Source: an uncultured Methanosarcinales archaeon
GTDB lineage: Archaea; Nanobdellota; Nanobdellia; Woesearchaeales; JAGWAF01
Assembly (NCBI GenBank): GCA_964414985.1
Contig: CAYPXA010000002.1
Coordinates: 87,513-151,512 of the forward strand
Direction of reading: 5' to 3'
DNA: 64,000 nt
The notes beneath the pieces were generated by a model. The model was not told the origin of the DNA. It searched no databases and saw only the letters and a program-made list of their open reading frames with translations. Each line of letters starts with the position of its first letter. Within the stretch, counting starts at the first letter, position 1. The translations under genes were made by a program, and so were the position numbers. Shown here one piece after another: positions 29,714 to 39,431 of the stretch.

Positions 29714-30115
29714 TTATTCCTCTTCCCGCATCTCTTCAAGCTCTTCTTCAGCGTCGCTTATCTCTTTTTCCATCTTTTTAATCTCTGCCTCTTCATCATT
29801 CTCGCTTTTTTCAAAAGCCTTGAGCTCCTTTTCAATCTCCTCTGCAGTGCCCAATGCCTTTTCTGCAAGCTCGCCGGATTTTTCCTCTTCTATGAAAAGC
29901 TCCTTGACTGTCTTGAGCTCGCTTATTGGAGGGTTTGCTGCAGCCTTTGCATGCGAAGCAGGGGCTTTTTTTTCAGTGCAGAGTATCTGCTTTGCCTTTT
30001 CGAATGCCTCTTCCATGTTTGCTGCAAGGTGGTTGTCCTTGAGCGATTTTGCGAGCTTGTTTACCTTTTCAGCAATTTTTGTATCCATTGTCTCACCTTG
30101 TTGTTGTAAACTCAT
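29714..30115 (-). CDS. acidic coiled-coil hypothetical protein
   Basis: 133 aa, E/K-rich. Confidence 0.45.
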   Translation of the reverse strand: MSLQQQGETMDTKIAEKVNKLAKSLKDNHLAANMEEAFEKAKQILCTEKKAPASHAKAAANPPISELKTVKELFIEEEKSGELAEKALGTAEEIEKELKAFEKSENDEEAEIKKMEKEISDAEEELEEMREEE

Positions 30116-30584
30116 CCTTCCAGATGTGGAAAAGCCTTTTGCCTTCCTTCTGCAGATTTGAGCTTACAATTTTTCCTATGAAAATGATATGGTCTCCTGC
30201 CTCGATTTCATTCACTACTTCGCATTCGGCATAGCCCAAAGCTCCTGAAATCCTCGGGCAGTCAACTGCCTGCGCCTCTTCAGCCTTAAGGCCTGCAGCG
30301 CTTATCTTGTCTTCATGCTCTCCTGAATGCCTGCCGATGTAGGCTGCGCTTTCCTTCATCTCAAAAGGCACAAAATTGACTACAAACACTCCTGAATCAT
30401 GAATCATCCCTGCGCTGAACCTGCCTTTTCCGATGGATATTGCATACATCTGAGGGTCAAGCGAGACAGGCATATGCCAGTCGACAGTTATTGCATTGTC
30501 TTTTTCAGCGCTTTTTCCGAGAACATCCACCTTTGACCTGCAGGTGATTATTACAGTCTGCCTGGGATTTGTCAGCGCTCCCAT
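30093..30584 (-). CDS. flavin reductase-like (FMN-binding split barrel) protein
   Basis: Length and pattern (SVGK.DK...nfipvSldPpm....s....T..ni..tgeFvvN) fit flavin reductase-like domain. Confidence 0.65.
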   Translation of the reverse strand: MGALTNPRQTVIITCRSKVDVLGKSAEKDNAITVDWHMPVSLDPQMYAISIGKGRFSAGMIHDSGVFVVNFVPFEMKESAAYIGRHSGEHEDKISAAGLKAEEAQAVDCPRISGALGYAECEVVNEIEAGDHIIFIGKIVSSNLQKEGKRLFHIWKDEFTTTR

Positions 30585-31453
30585 TCTGCGCTCTCCACTT
30601 CAGGATATTCCTCTTCAGGCTTGAGCTTCTTTACATGCTTTGCTGCAAAATAAGATGCAGAAACTCCAAGCAGTGCATACGCCAGAAGCGTAATGAGGCA
30701 GAAATTCATTCCCATGAACTGGAAGACAGGAACAAGGTATTTTGAGTTAAAAGGCATAAGGACAATCTCTAAAAAAATCATTGGCGTTGCTGCATAAATC
30801 GCAGTGTTTAGCGCTTTCTTTATTCCGAGGTCCTTCTTCGCAATCCTGACTCCTGCAAACAAAACAAGCGCAAATGCTGTTATTGTAATTGCATACTTTG
30901 CAAGCAGCATTGCATACGCAGTTATGAACAAGGTTGGAATAAGCAGTATGAAAATAAACACTATGAGCCTGCTTGCCTCGCTCTTTTTTGCAGTTATGTC
31001 CTTGAACTCTGAAAAATTGATTACTCTTTGCCTTCCGTAAGGCCTGTACACCATGAACTCTTCTGTTACAAGCGCTTTTTCACTGCCCATTTCAGGAGAG
31101 GTTATGCTTGTGTCAATTATTATCTGAGGGTCTTCACCTGCAATCATGACAGGCTCTGAAGTTTTTGCGCTTATGCTTATGTTCAGCTCGCTGAACTTTG
31201 AAAGCTCTGACTCAATATAAGAATTCATTGATAGCAGCCTTGGTGCTGAAACAAGCGCCATGACTATGAACGATGCAAGCATCAGTGAAAGGATAAATAC
31301 TATTCCTGACTTCAGGCTCCTTGCTGAAAGCTCTGAATACTGCCTTGGGTGCATTGCAAGAAGCACCTTCTTCCAGAAGTTCAGCCTGATTGTATCTGTT
31401 ACCCTGTTTTTTGCATGCCTTAAATGCTCTTTGGCCTTCCTGATTTTTGCCAT
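30572..31453 (-). CDS. membrane protein, hypothetical
   Basis: Several TM helices; overlaps downstream gene by 13 nt (operon). Confidence 0.5.
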   Translation of the reverse strand: MAKIRKAKEHLRHAKNRVTDTIRLNFWKKVLLAMHPRQYSELSARSLKSGIVFILSLMLASFIVMALVSAPRLLSMNSYIESELSKFSELNISISAKTSEPVMIAGEDPQIIIDTSITSPEMGSEKALVTEEFMVYRPYGRQRVINFSEFKDITAKKSEASRLIVFIFILLIPTLFITAYAMLLAKYAITITAFALVLFAGVRIAKKDLGIKKALNTAIYAATPMIFLEIVLMPFNSKYLVPVFQFMGMNFCLITLLAYALLGVSASYFAAKHVKKLKPEEEYPEVESAEWER

Positions 31454-31514
31454 GGGTTAAGCCCAGCATCTGCAGTATAAAAACTTTTTTATAATAATGC
31501 ATTAAACAAATTGA

Positions 31515-32012
31515 TTAAGAAATAAAAATAATATCCTTTTCCTGTTCGATTCTTTCTTTTGGGCTGAACAGCTTTTTTACCAGAGTTTCTATAATCTCTG
31601 CCTTCTGCGACTTCTTAAGATAAGTTAGGACAAAATTGCCTTTGCCAACCCTCCTGATTTCCCTTAGGCCTTTTTCAATGTCATCAAAGTTCTGGATTGC
31701 TGTAATGCTCACAACATAGTCAAACTCATTGTCTGGAAAAGGAATATTTTCTGCAGCTGCAAGAATGTATTTTCCTTTTGGGTCGTATTTTCTTGCTTTC
31801 TCAAGCAGCTTTTCAGAAGGGTCAATCCCAGTCCTATCGCACTGCCAGCATCTTGTGGTGAGGCCTGACCCGCAGCCTACATCAAGGAGCCTGCCTGCCA
31901 AATCAGGAGTGAAGTGCTGCTTGATCCGCGCAATCTTCTTTTCCTGCTCCTCTTTGTGGAGCTCTTCATAGCCCTGCGCAATTTCGTCGTAGTAATTCAT
32001 CCTAATCTGCAT
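31515..32012 (-). CDS. SAM-dependent methyltransferase (Methyltransf_11-like)
   Basis: LLDVGCGSGLTT motif I. Confidence 0.7.
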   Translation of the reverse strand: MQIRMNYYDEIAQGYEELHKEEQEKKIARIKQHFTPDLAGRLLDVGCGSGLTTRCWQCDRTGIDPSEKLLEKARKYDPKGKYILAAAENIPFPDNEFDYVVSITAIQNFDDIEKGLREIRRVGKGNFVLTYLKKSQKAEIIETLVKKLFSPKERIEQEKDIIFIS

Positions 32013-32055
32013 AGTGCAAATATATTTAAATACCTATGCCTGCTATTTTTCTGAA
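32013..32055. promoter_or_regulatory. shared bidirectional promoter with near-palindromic TATA element AAATATATTTAAATA
   Basis: Only 43 bp separate divergent starts; palindromic TATA visible. Confidence 0.35.
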
Positions 32056-32856
32056 ATGATTGTCGAGATTAAGAAAAGGCTTTCTGAACTGACTGGAAAG
32101 AAGAATATAATTCTGACAAGAAGGGGCAACAAGGCGCTGAAGTTCATACTCAAGGCGCTTAAGGAAAAAGGGCTTAAAAAAATAGTAATCCAGGACCAGG
32201 GCGGATGGATAACATACCCCCAGTATGCAAAAGAGCTTGGATTTGAGCTTGTCGAGATAAAAACCGACTATGGCATTTCAGACCTTAAAGACTTGGAAAG
32301 CAAGGCTGACTCATCTTCGATACTTCTGATTAACTCCATGCCTGGCTACATTGCATATGAAGACATGGACAAAATCGCTGAAATTGCAAAAAGGAAAAAA
32401 TCAGTGCTTGTAAACGATGTTTCAGGCTCGATAGGTTCAGCAAATGCAAAAATAGGGGATATAATCTTCGGAAGCTTCGGCCATTGGAAGCCTATTGACC
32501 TTGGCTACGGAGGGTTTATTGCAGACGATTCAGGAGCTGTGAAAATCGACTCTGTTTTTGACTTAAAATGGGAGAAGGGGCTTCTTGAAAAAATTGCAGT
32601 TATGGAAAAAAGGGTTGGGCAGCTGAAGGAGCTTTCTTCAAAAACAAAAAAAGACCTTTCTTCTTTTGAAATAATCCATCGGGAGGCTGGCGGATTTAAT
32701 GTTGCGGTAAAATTCAGGGATGATGCTGAAAAAGAAAAGATTATAAATTACTGCGCTGAAAAAAAGCTTGAGTGGGCAGAGTGCCCAAGGTATATTCGCG
32801 TTAATGAGAAGGCAATATGCATTGAGGTAAAAAGGAGGGAGACAGATGGCGATTAA
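32056..32856 (+). CDS. short PLP-dependent (fold type I, DegT/aminotransferase-like) protein
   Basis: SFGHWKPIDLGYGGFI resembles PLP-lysine region SFH..K.i..GeGG.i; start set at ATG 32056. Confidence 0.4.
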   Translation: MIVEIKKRLSELTGKKNIILTRRGNKALKFILKALKEKGLKKIVIQDQGGWITYPQYAKELGFELVEIKTDYGISDLKDLESKADSSSILLINSMPGYIAYEDMDKIAEIAKRKKSVLVNDVSGSIGSANAKIGDIIFGSFGHWKPIDLGYGGFIADDSGAVKIDSVFDLKWEKGLLEKIAVMEKRVGQLKELSSKTKKDLSSFEIIHREAGGFNVAVKFRDDAEKEKIINYCAEKKLEWAECPRYIRVNEKAICIEVKRRETDGD

Positions 32857-33244
32857 GGAACCGCAGTCAATTGATGAAGTTATCTACTTCACACGAAGGG
32901 CTGTAGGAAACGGAAATGTTACTGCATGGGTCTACAGGAAGCAGTGCCCAAAATGCGGCAAGGCAAAGATGGGCAAGCCTGTTGATGCAAAGACAGGCAA
33001 GGTCAAGAGCAGGGCTGAGTTGTATGCCTGCCCAGAATGCGGGTATGAAGAGCAGAAAACAGCGCATGAGGAAAGCCTCAAGCTTGAGGCAAAATACAAG
33101 TGCCCGCACTGCGGAAAGCAGGGCGAGTCCACAGCAGACTACAAAAGGAAAACATTTGAGGGAGTTCCATCTTATATTGTTGTGTGCGAGCACTGCTCAG
33201 GCAAGATAGGCCTTACAAAAAAGATGAAGCAAGGAAAAAAATAA
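32846..33244 (+). CDS. double zinc-ribbon protein
   Basis: Four CxxC pairs: CPKCG, CPECG, CPHCG, CEHCSG. Confidence 0.55.
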   Translation: MAIKEPQSIDEVIYFTRRAVGNGNVTAWVYRKQCPKCGKAKMGKPVDAKTGKVKSRAELYACPECGYEEQKTAHEESLKLEAKYKCPHCGKQGESTADYKRKTFEGVPSYIVVCEHCSGKIGLTKKMKQGKK

Positions 33245-33254
33245 GAGGTGCGTT

Positions 33255-33533
33255 ATGGCTGCAAAAAAATCTTCAAAAAAGAAAAGTTCAGGAGACTCTG
33301 TAAGCATAAAGATAGACGGCATAGGAAAGATGGCTGACAAGGCAAAGTGCTTCACAATGACAAAATCATGCAGCTCTTCAGGAGGGTTTGCATACTTTCT
33401 TGCTGTTTTGGGAGCTGCAATCTACTATGTGTCGACAGCAGCAGGATTTTGGGCAGGAGTGCTTGGCATCCTGAAGGCGCTTGTTTGGCCTGCATTTCTC
33501 ATATTTGAAATAATGAAGTTTTTGGGAATGTAA
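33255..33533 (+). CDS. small membrane protein
   Basis: GAGGTG SD upstream; two hydrophobic helices. Confidence 0.4.
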   Translation: MAAKKSSKKKSSGDSVSIKIDGIGKMADKAKCFTMTKSCSSSGGFAYFLAVLGAAIYYVSTAAGFWAGVLGILKALVWPAFLIFEIMKFLGM

Positions 33534-33665
33534 TCTTGCTGTTTCTTTTATTTTTTTAACTTTTTTAGCATTATTTATTTCTTCAGTTTTTTAGTTTTCT
33601 TTATTTTTTGATTCTGCTGATTATTTTTCATTAGCTTTATTAACCATTATTCAATTTTCTGTCTT

Positions 33666-35018
33666 ATGAAAAAAGTCCTGCTTGCCTACCTTCCGTTCTG
33701 CACTCCTGCAGCACCGCCGTATTCAATAACCTACCTTGCATCTTTTCTCAAGGCAAACTGCAGCGATGAAATAATGGTGCTGGACTTAAATCTTGAATTC
33801 CACAAAATCAAGTTTCCAGAAGATGCAGAATATTTCAGGGATTCTGGCAGGTGGGCGGATTATGAAGAAAAGGCCCTCGAATACAAGAAGGTTTCTTTCA
33901 AGGCTTATGCTGACAGCAACAGGAATGTTGTGATGGGCGGAAAGCCTGAGCTTTTTGCAGAGATGCTTGAGATGATAGCTTCGCGCAAGCCTGACATAGT
34001 TGCCTTCAGCATAGTCTACTCAAGCCAGGCGTTCTATGCTTCGTGCATGCTTGATGAGCTTGCAAGGAGGGGAATAAAGACTGTTATTGGAGGCCCGGCT
34101 GCAAACGAGAAGCTTGGCAGGCTTGCCTCTGCATCGCTCTGCACAGAGTCTGATTTGCTTGAGTTCATAACAGGCGAAAAAAAAGATGAATCCAAATTAA
34201 ACTTCAATGTTGTTCCTGACTTTTCAGCATACAATCTTAAGGATTACTTTACTCCATTTCCGGTAATTCCTGTAAAAACATCAAGCAGCTGCTACTACAG
34301 GCAGTGCGCATTCTGCACACACTACAGCAAATCTCCTTATAAGGAATACCCTGTTTCACAGGTAAAAGAGGCAATCCTGAAATCAGGCCAGAAGCACTTT
34401 TTTCTTATAGACGACATGATTCCTGCAAAAAGGCTTCTTGAGATTGCAGAGGCAGTAAAAGGGCTTGGCATAAAATGGGCATGCCAGCTGAAGCCCACAA
34501 AAGAATTTACTTATGAAGTGCTGAAAAAACTCAATGAGTCAGGGCTTGTTATGCTTATGTGGGGCATTGAGTCAGGCAGCAGCAGAATACTTGACCTTAT
34601 CAAAAAAGGTACAAATCCTGCAGACATGGAAAAAGTCCTTGAAGCTTCGCACAGGGCAGGCATCAAAAACATTGCATACATGCTGTTTGGATTTCCGACA
34701 GAAACAAAATCAGAGTTTCTTGAGACAATTGATTTTCTGAAAAGGAACGAGAAGAGAATAGACCTTGTTTCCTGCTCGATTTTCGGGCTGCAGAAAGGCA
34801 CAGCTGTTTATTCAAATCCGTCTGGCTTCTGCATAACTGAAATCATTGAGGAGAAAAGGACTTTTCTTGAGCCGAGCATTTCATACAAGTGCAGCGCAGG
34901 GCTTTCAGAAGACGAGGCTTCAAAGCTTCTTTCAAGGCACAGGAAGCTAATCTGCAGGATAAACAAATACCCGAAGATAATGAACTTCTTCAGGGAGCAC
35001 ATGCTGTGCATGCTTTGA
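33666..35018 (+). CDS. B12-binding radical SAM enzyme (class B)
   Basis: CYYRQCAFC = CxxxCxxC radical-SAM cluster motif; N-terminal cobalamin-binding-like region. Confidence 0.8.
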   Translation: MKKVLLAYLPFCTPAAPPYSITYLASFLKANCSDEIMVLDLNLEFHKIKFPEDAEYFRDSGRWADYEEKALEYKKVSFKAYADSNRNVVMGGKPELFAEMLEMIASRKPDIVAFSIVYSSQAFYASCMLDELARRGIKTVIGGPAANEKLGRLASASLCTESDLLEFITGEKKDESKLNFNVVPDFSAYNLKDYFTPFPVIPVKTSSSCYYRQCAFCTHYSKSPYKEYPVSQVKEAILKSGQKHFFLIDDMIPAKRLLEIAEAVKGLGIKWACQLKPTKEFTYEVLKKLNESGLVMLMWGIESGSSRILDLIKKGTNPADMEKVLEASHRAGIKNIAYMLFGFPTETKSEFLETIDFLKRNEKRIDLVSCSIFGLQKGTAVYSNPSGFCITEIIEEKRTFLEPSISYKCSAGLSEDEASKLLSRHRKLICRINKYPKIMNFFREHMLCML

Positions 35019-35034
35019 TTAAGCTGAAGCATAA

Positions 35035-35131
35035 GCATTGCCGCCAAGCGCAGTACTCCTTATTTGAGTTTGATTAACACGTGACTCCTTTGAAGAAGAG
35101 GTGCAATGAGCAACACGAAGCGCGGCAATGC
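35035..35131 (+). repeat. MITE-like intergenic repeat, copy 2 (~97 bp)
   Basis: GCATTGCCGCCAAGCGCAGTACT...GAAGCGCGGCAATGC with 10-bp TIR; overlaps ORF-track metG extension. Confidence 0.7.
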
Positions 35132-35198
35132 AATAACTTATGATGCTGTTTGCTTTTTCTTCGCAATATTTAAATACAAACCTGATTTTTCAGATTGC

Positions 35199-37334
35199 AT
35201 GGCAGAAAAGGCAAAATCTGTAAATGGCAGCGGAAGCAGCAAACTCAGCGAAAGCAAAGCAGCAAAAAGCGCAAAGACCAAGATAGTTGTGACTTCAGCG
35301 CTGCCTTATGCAAACGGAAGCATCCACATCGGCCATCTTATCGAGTATATCCAGACAGACATTTTTGTAAGGTTCCTGAAATCAATCGGAGAAGATGCAA
35401 TCTACTGCTGCGCTGACGACACCCACGGAACCCCGATCCAGATAAAAGCAGAGCAGATGGGAATAACGCCTGAAGCGCTGATTGCAAAATACCACGAGGA
35501 GCACCTTAAGGACTTCAGGGCTTTCCACATTGACTTTGACTCATACTACACTACAAACAGCCCTGAAAACAGGAAGTATTCAGAGCAGATATTCAATGAG
35601 CTCAAAAAGAAGGGAGACATCTACACAAAGGAGATAACCCAGACTTACTGCGAGAAATGCAGGAGGTTTCTTCCAGACAGGTATGTAAGGGGAGAATGCC
35701 CGAACTGCGGAGCGCCTGACCAGTACGGCGATGTCTGCGAGAAGTGCGGAAAGGCGCACTCAACAACAGACTTGATAGGCCCAAAATGCGCAATCTGCGG
35801 CAGCCCTGCATCCAAAAAAGGGTCTGTCCATTACTTCTTCAAGCTCACCAATTATGAAAGCAGGCTCAAAAAATGGTTTGAGGAAAACAAAAATCTGCAG
35901 CCTGAAATAGTCAATTCAGTTTCAAACTGGTTCAAGCAAGGGCTTCAGGACTGGGACATCTCAAGGGACGGGCCTTACTTCGGCTTTAAAATTCCAGGCG
36001 AGACAGACAAGTACTTTTATGTCTGGCTTGACGCTCCTGTAGGATATATTGCATCAACTGCAAACTACTGCAAAGGAAAGGATTTTGACGAGTCTGAATA
36101 CTGGAAAAAGCCCACAGGCAGGGTAATTCACGTTATAGGAAAGGACATAATCTACTTCCACTACCTGTTCTGGCCTGCAATGCTAATGGGCTCAGGGTTC
36201 AACCTGCCGGAATACATTTTGACCCACGGCTTCATCACAGTAAACGGAGAGAAGATGTCAAAGAGCAGGGGAACATTCTACACTGCATCAGAGTTCTTAA
36301 GCAAGTTTGACCCGCAGTACTTAAGGTATTATTATGCATCCCTGCTTAGCAGGAAAATGTCAGACATAGACTTAGACTTTAAGGAGTTCCAGGCAAAAGT
36401 CAACAACGAGCTTGTTGCAAACATTGCAAACTTCTGCTTCAGGGTGCTCACTTTTACAAAGAAGAACTTTGAAGGAAAGATAGAGGGAATTGACGAGAAC
36501 AAGGAGCTTTTTGCAAATGTGCTAAGGCATGCTGAAAATGCAAAGCAGTCATATTCAGAATTTAATTTTACAAATGCAGTGAAGGAGATACTTGCGCTTT
36601 CATCTGAAGGAAACAAGTACTTCCAGGAGAATGAGCCGTGGAAGCTTGTCAAGGAAGACCCTGAAAAGGCCCAAAAAATATTAGGGACATGCATAAACAT
36701 TGCAAGGATACTTTCAATAGTCATTGCTCCTGTGCTGCCAAAGTTTGCAGCAGACTTGAGGGAGCAGCTCAATCTTCAGGCATTAAAATGGAGCGATATT
36801 GATTTCAGCCTGAAGAGCCACGAGATAGGGAATGCTGAAATACTCATAAGAAAGCTTGATGAGCTTCCTGCAGAAAAGGAAACTTTTCCAATCAATCTGA
36901 AGGTTGCAAAAATAATCTCTGCAGAGCCGCACCCTGAAGCTGAAAAGCTTGTAGTCCTGCAGATAGACCTCGGAAAGGAGAAGAGGCAGATTGTTGCAGG
37001 AATAAGGAAGTTCTACAAGGTTGAGGAGCTCTGCGGAAGGAACATAGTTGTTGTCACAAATCTGAAGCCTGCAAAGCTTAGGGGGAAGGAAAGCAACGGA
37101 ATGCTTCTTGCAGCAGGAGAGAATGCAAGCCTGCTTTCAGCTCCGCTCTCGCACCCGGGAGACCAGGTTTTTGTTGAAGGTATGGACACTGGAACAGCCA
37201 AGGTCGGCATTGAGGAGTTTGCAAATGTCCAGCTGTCTGTTTCAGCAGGAAAAGCATGCTACAAGGGAAAGGCATTAAGGACTTCAAAAGAGGAGATATC
37301 TGTAAATGCGAAAGACGGAGAAAAAATCAAGTAA
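35199..37334 (+). CDS. metG: methionyl-tRNA synthetase with C-terminal EMAP/Trbp111-like tRNA-binding domain
   Basis: HIGH (IHIGHL) and KMSKS motifs, zinc knuckles CPNCG/CEKCG; TATTTAAATA box ~25 nt upstream of ATG 35199 (leaderless). Confidence 0.9.
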   Translation: MAEKAKSVNGSGSSKLSESKAAKSAKTKIVVTSALPYANGSIHIGHLIEYIQTDIFVRFLKSIGEDAIYCCADDTHGTPIQIKAEQMGITPEALIAKYHEEHLKDFRAFHIDFDSYYTTNSPENRKYSEQIFNELKKKGDIYTKEITQTYCEKCRRFLPDRYVRGECPNCGAPDQYGDVCEKCGKAHSTTDLIGPKCAICGSPASKKGSVHYFFKLTNYESRLKKWFEENKNLQPEIVNSVSNWFKQGLQDWDISRDGPYFGFKIPGETDKYFYVWLDAPVGYIASTANYCKGKDFDESEYWKKPTGRVIHVIGKDIIYFHYLFWPAMLMGSGFNLPEYILTHGFITVNGEKMSKSRGTFYTASEFLSKFDPQYLRYYYASLLSRKMSDIDLDFKEFQAKVNNELVANIANFCFRVLTFTKKNFEGKIEGIDENKELFANVLRHAENAKQSYSEFNFTNAVKEILALSSEGNKYFQENEPWKLVKEDPEKAQKILGTCINIARILSIVIAPVLPKFAADLREQLNLQALKWSDIDFSLKSHEIGNAEILIRKLDELPAEKETFPINLKVAKIISAEPHPEAEKLVVLQIDLGKEKRQIVAGIRKFYKVEELCGRNIVVVTNLKPAKLRGKESNGMLLAAGENASLLSAPLSHPGDQVFVEGMDTGTAKVGIEEFANVQLSVSAGKACYKGKALRTSKEEISVNAKDGEKIK

Positions 37335-37929
37335 GGCTGCTTTTTTTGCCCTTGCTGCACTAACTCCTATTCTTATAATTCTGCTTGCGTTCAGCTCTGC
37401 AGCATATGATTCAGAATTCATCCTTAAGCATATGCAGAAGGCAGGCTCAGGCCAGCACAGTGCGCTTAACAGCCAGGTAGTCCATTACCTTGCTTCTCCT
37501 GCCAAAGGGCTTATCATGTCAGATTATTTTGATGATAATGAAGAGCAGCACCTTCTTGATGTAAAAATACTTATGCACAGGACTTTTGGCTGCCTGTTTT
37601 TCCTGCTGATTTTGTTTTTTGCACTGCTCCGCTACAATTATATCCATTTCCCAGGCAATATTCCCAAAGCATTGTTTTATGGGGGCATTGCAGCAGCTGC
37701 AATTCCTGCTGTTTTGTATTTTCTGCCTTTCGATTTCCTTTTTGTTTTGTTCCACAGAATATTCTTTGAGGATGGGACATGGATTTTTTGGAAATCCTCA
37801 ATGCTGATACAGGCATACCCTGCTGAATTCTGGCAGTCAATCTCATTTTCAATATTTGCAAGGGCTGTGTTTGCAGGCGCAGCAGCTGCACTGCTTTCTG
37901 CGCATGCAATGATTTCTTCAAGGAAGTAA
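37306..37929 (+). CDS. membrane protein, hypothetical
   Basis: 207 aa, multiple TM helices; overlaps metG 3' end by 29 nt. Confidence 0.45.
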   Translation: MRKTEKKSSKAAFFALAALTPILIILLAFSSAAYDSEFILKHMQKAGSGQHSALNSQVVHYLASPAKGLIMSDYFDDNEEQHLLDVKILMHRTFGCLFFLLILFFALLRYNYIHFPGNIPKALFYGGIAAAAIPAVLYFLPFDFLFVLFHRIFFEDGTWIFWKSSMLIQAYPAEFWQSISFSIFARAVFAGAAAALLSAHAMISSRK

Positions 37930-38164
37930 ATTGTCTTGGGCATTTTTCAGCATGCTTTTTTAGCGGATGTTATGCGCATTATTTTGGGTTATCCTCTGCT
38001 TTTTACCACTGGTTTTGACAAATTCTTAATTATAGAATGATACTATAATCTAACTATTGTAGAATAGTAATTATTATAAAGTAATCCGCAAACCATTTCA
38101 TGCTTATACTTGGCAAACCAAGGATACAAATCATAATCAAAATAAAAACACGAGGTGGAAAATA

Positions 38165-39337
38165 ATGAACAGCAAGATTCTTCTGGCGGTTTTGGCTGTG
38201 GCAATGCTCATGGCCTCAGGATGCGTCTCTGTGATAAAGACTCCCGGAGAAAACATCACTTACGAGGAAAGCGTTGCGACTGAAATAGGGATTCCAGCAG
38301 GCCTGGAAGAGGCTGATGAGCCTGAAGCAGGCTCTGCGCTTCCGACAAAAACAGTAGTTGAAGGGGAAAAAGTCAGCTTTCCAAATTTGAAGGCTGTTGA
38401 CCCTGACGGCGACCCGATAACTTATACATTCACAAAGCCTTTGGACAGCAAGGGAGAGTGGCAGACCAAGAAGGGCGATGCAGGCCAGTACAAGGTGCTG
38501 ATAACAGCATCAGACGGCACAAGCAAAGTTTCGCAGGAAGTCCTTATTGTTGTCAAATCACTCAACAAGATTCCAGTCCTTGGAGGGCTTGAAGACATTG
38601 CAGTTGAGGAAGGCCAGACAGTATCATTGAGCCCTGCAGCTACAGACGCAGACGGCGATGATGTCAAGCTTTCATTTTCAGGCTGGATGGACTCTGCATC
38701 AAAAGAGACATCATACGGCGATGCAGGAGTGCATGAAGTCACAGTGACAGCTGATGACGGAAAGGATTCTGTATCCAAAACCATAAAGGTTACAGTCAAG
38801 AAAGTGAACAGGGCTCCAGTGCTTGACGCATTTGACGACGTCCAGGTTACTGAAGGCGACAGCATTTCAGTCAAGGCAAGCGCAGCAGATGCTGACGGCG
38901 ACGATGTCGTGATTAAGTTTTCAGAGCCTTTGGACAGCAACGGCGAGTGGAAGACTGAAGTTGGCGATGCAGGAAAATACAAGGTAAAGGTAACTGCATC
39001 AGACGGCGCTTCAGAGGCTGTTGAGTCATTCTACCTGACAGTTGTTTCAGCAAACAAGGCGCCTGTCCTTTCAGGAATCAATGACATCACTGCTAAAGAG
39101 GGAGACCTTATAACCCTCTCAATAACTGCAGCAGACCCTGAAGGCGATGATGTAGCCATATCATTCAGCCAGCCATTTGATGCTGAAGGAAAATGGCAGA
39201 CAGGATATGAGGATGCAGGCAGCTATGAGGTTGTTGCAACAGCTTCAGACGGAAATTCAGAGTCCAAGCAGTCCTTCAAGGTTACAGTGCAGGACTACAA
39301 CAGGGCTCCGGCATTTTCAGAAGGCGCGTTTGAGTAA
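38165..39337 (+). CDS. lipoprotein-like surface protein with four tandem cadherin-like (dystroglycan-type) ~85-aa domains
   Basis: Signal + Cys (ASGCVS); repeated D(A/P)DGD(D/P)....S.P...G.W.T..GDAG.YKV...ASDG units; strong GAGGTGG SD. Confidence 0.65.
   Translation: MNSKILLAVLAVAMLMASGCVSVIKTPGENITYEESVATEIGIPAGLEEADEPEAGSALPTKTVVEGEKVSFPNLKAVDPDGDPITYTFTKPLDSKGEWQTKKGDAGQYKVLITASDGTSKVSQEVLIVVKSLNKIPVLGGLEDIAVEEGQTVSLSPAATDADGDDVKLSFSGWMDSASKETSYGDAGVHEVTVTADDGKDSVSKTIKVTVKKVNRAPVLDAFDDVQVTEGDSISVKASAADADGDDVVIKFSEPLDSNGEWKTEVGDAGKYKVKVTASDGASEAVESFYLTVVSANKAPVLSGINDITAKEGDLITLSITAADPEGDDVAISFSQPFDAEGKWQTGYEDAGSYEVVATASDGNSESKQSFKVTVQDYNRAPAFSEGAFE
38370..39300 (+). repeat. four tandem ~250-bp intragenic repeats encoding cadherin-like domains
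   Basis: Protein-level periodicity visible. Confidence 0.55.
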
Positions 39338-39339
39338 AT

Positions 39340-39425
39340 CCTGAATTTGTTTTTTGTTTTTTTATTCTTTTTTTCTTTTCTTGTTTTTTGGTTTTTGTTT
39401 TTCTGTTTTTGGCTTATTGAGGATT
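39340..39425 (+). terminator. long pyrimidine/T-rich tract (oligo-T runs) downstream of 38165 gene
   Basis: TTTTTTGTTTTTTTATTCTTTTTTTCTTTTCTTGTTTTTTGGTTTTTGTTTTTCTGTTTTTGG; ORF-track start 39354 is translation of this tract. Confidence 0.4.
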
Positions 39426-39431
39426 TTGGAC

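Noticed and set aside
29691-30161. 156-aa Ser-rich ORF on plus strand
   Set aside because: Antisense shadow of the E/K-rich coiled-coil gene 29714-30115.
35140-35200. Possible box C/D sRNA (UGAUG ... CUGA) just upstream of metG
   Set aside because: Box C is imperfect (AUGAUGC), there is no D' or C' box, and the terminal stem is absent. Better explained as promoter sequence.
39354-39431. ORF-track start at 39354 (MFFYSFFLFLFFGF...)
   Set aside because: Translation of the T-rich terminator-like tract. The real start is most likely ATG 39432.
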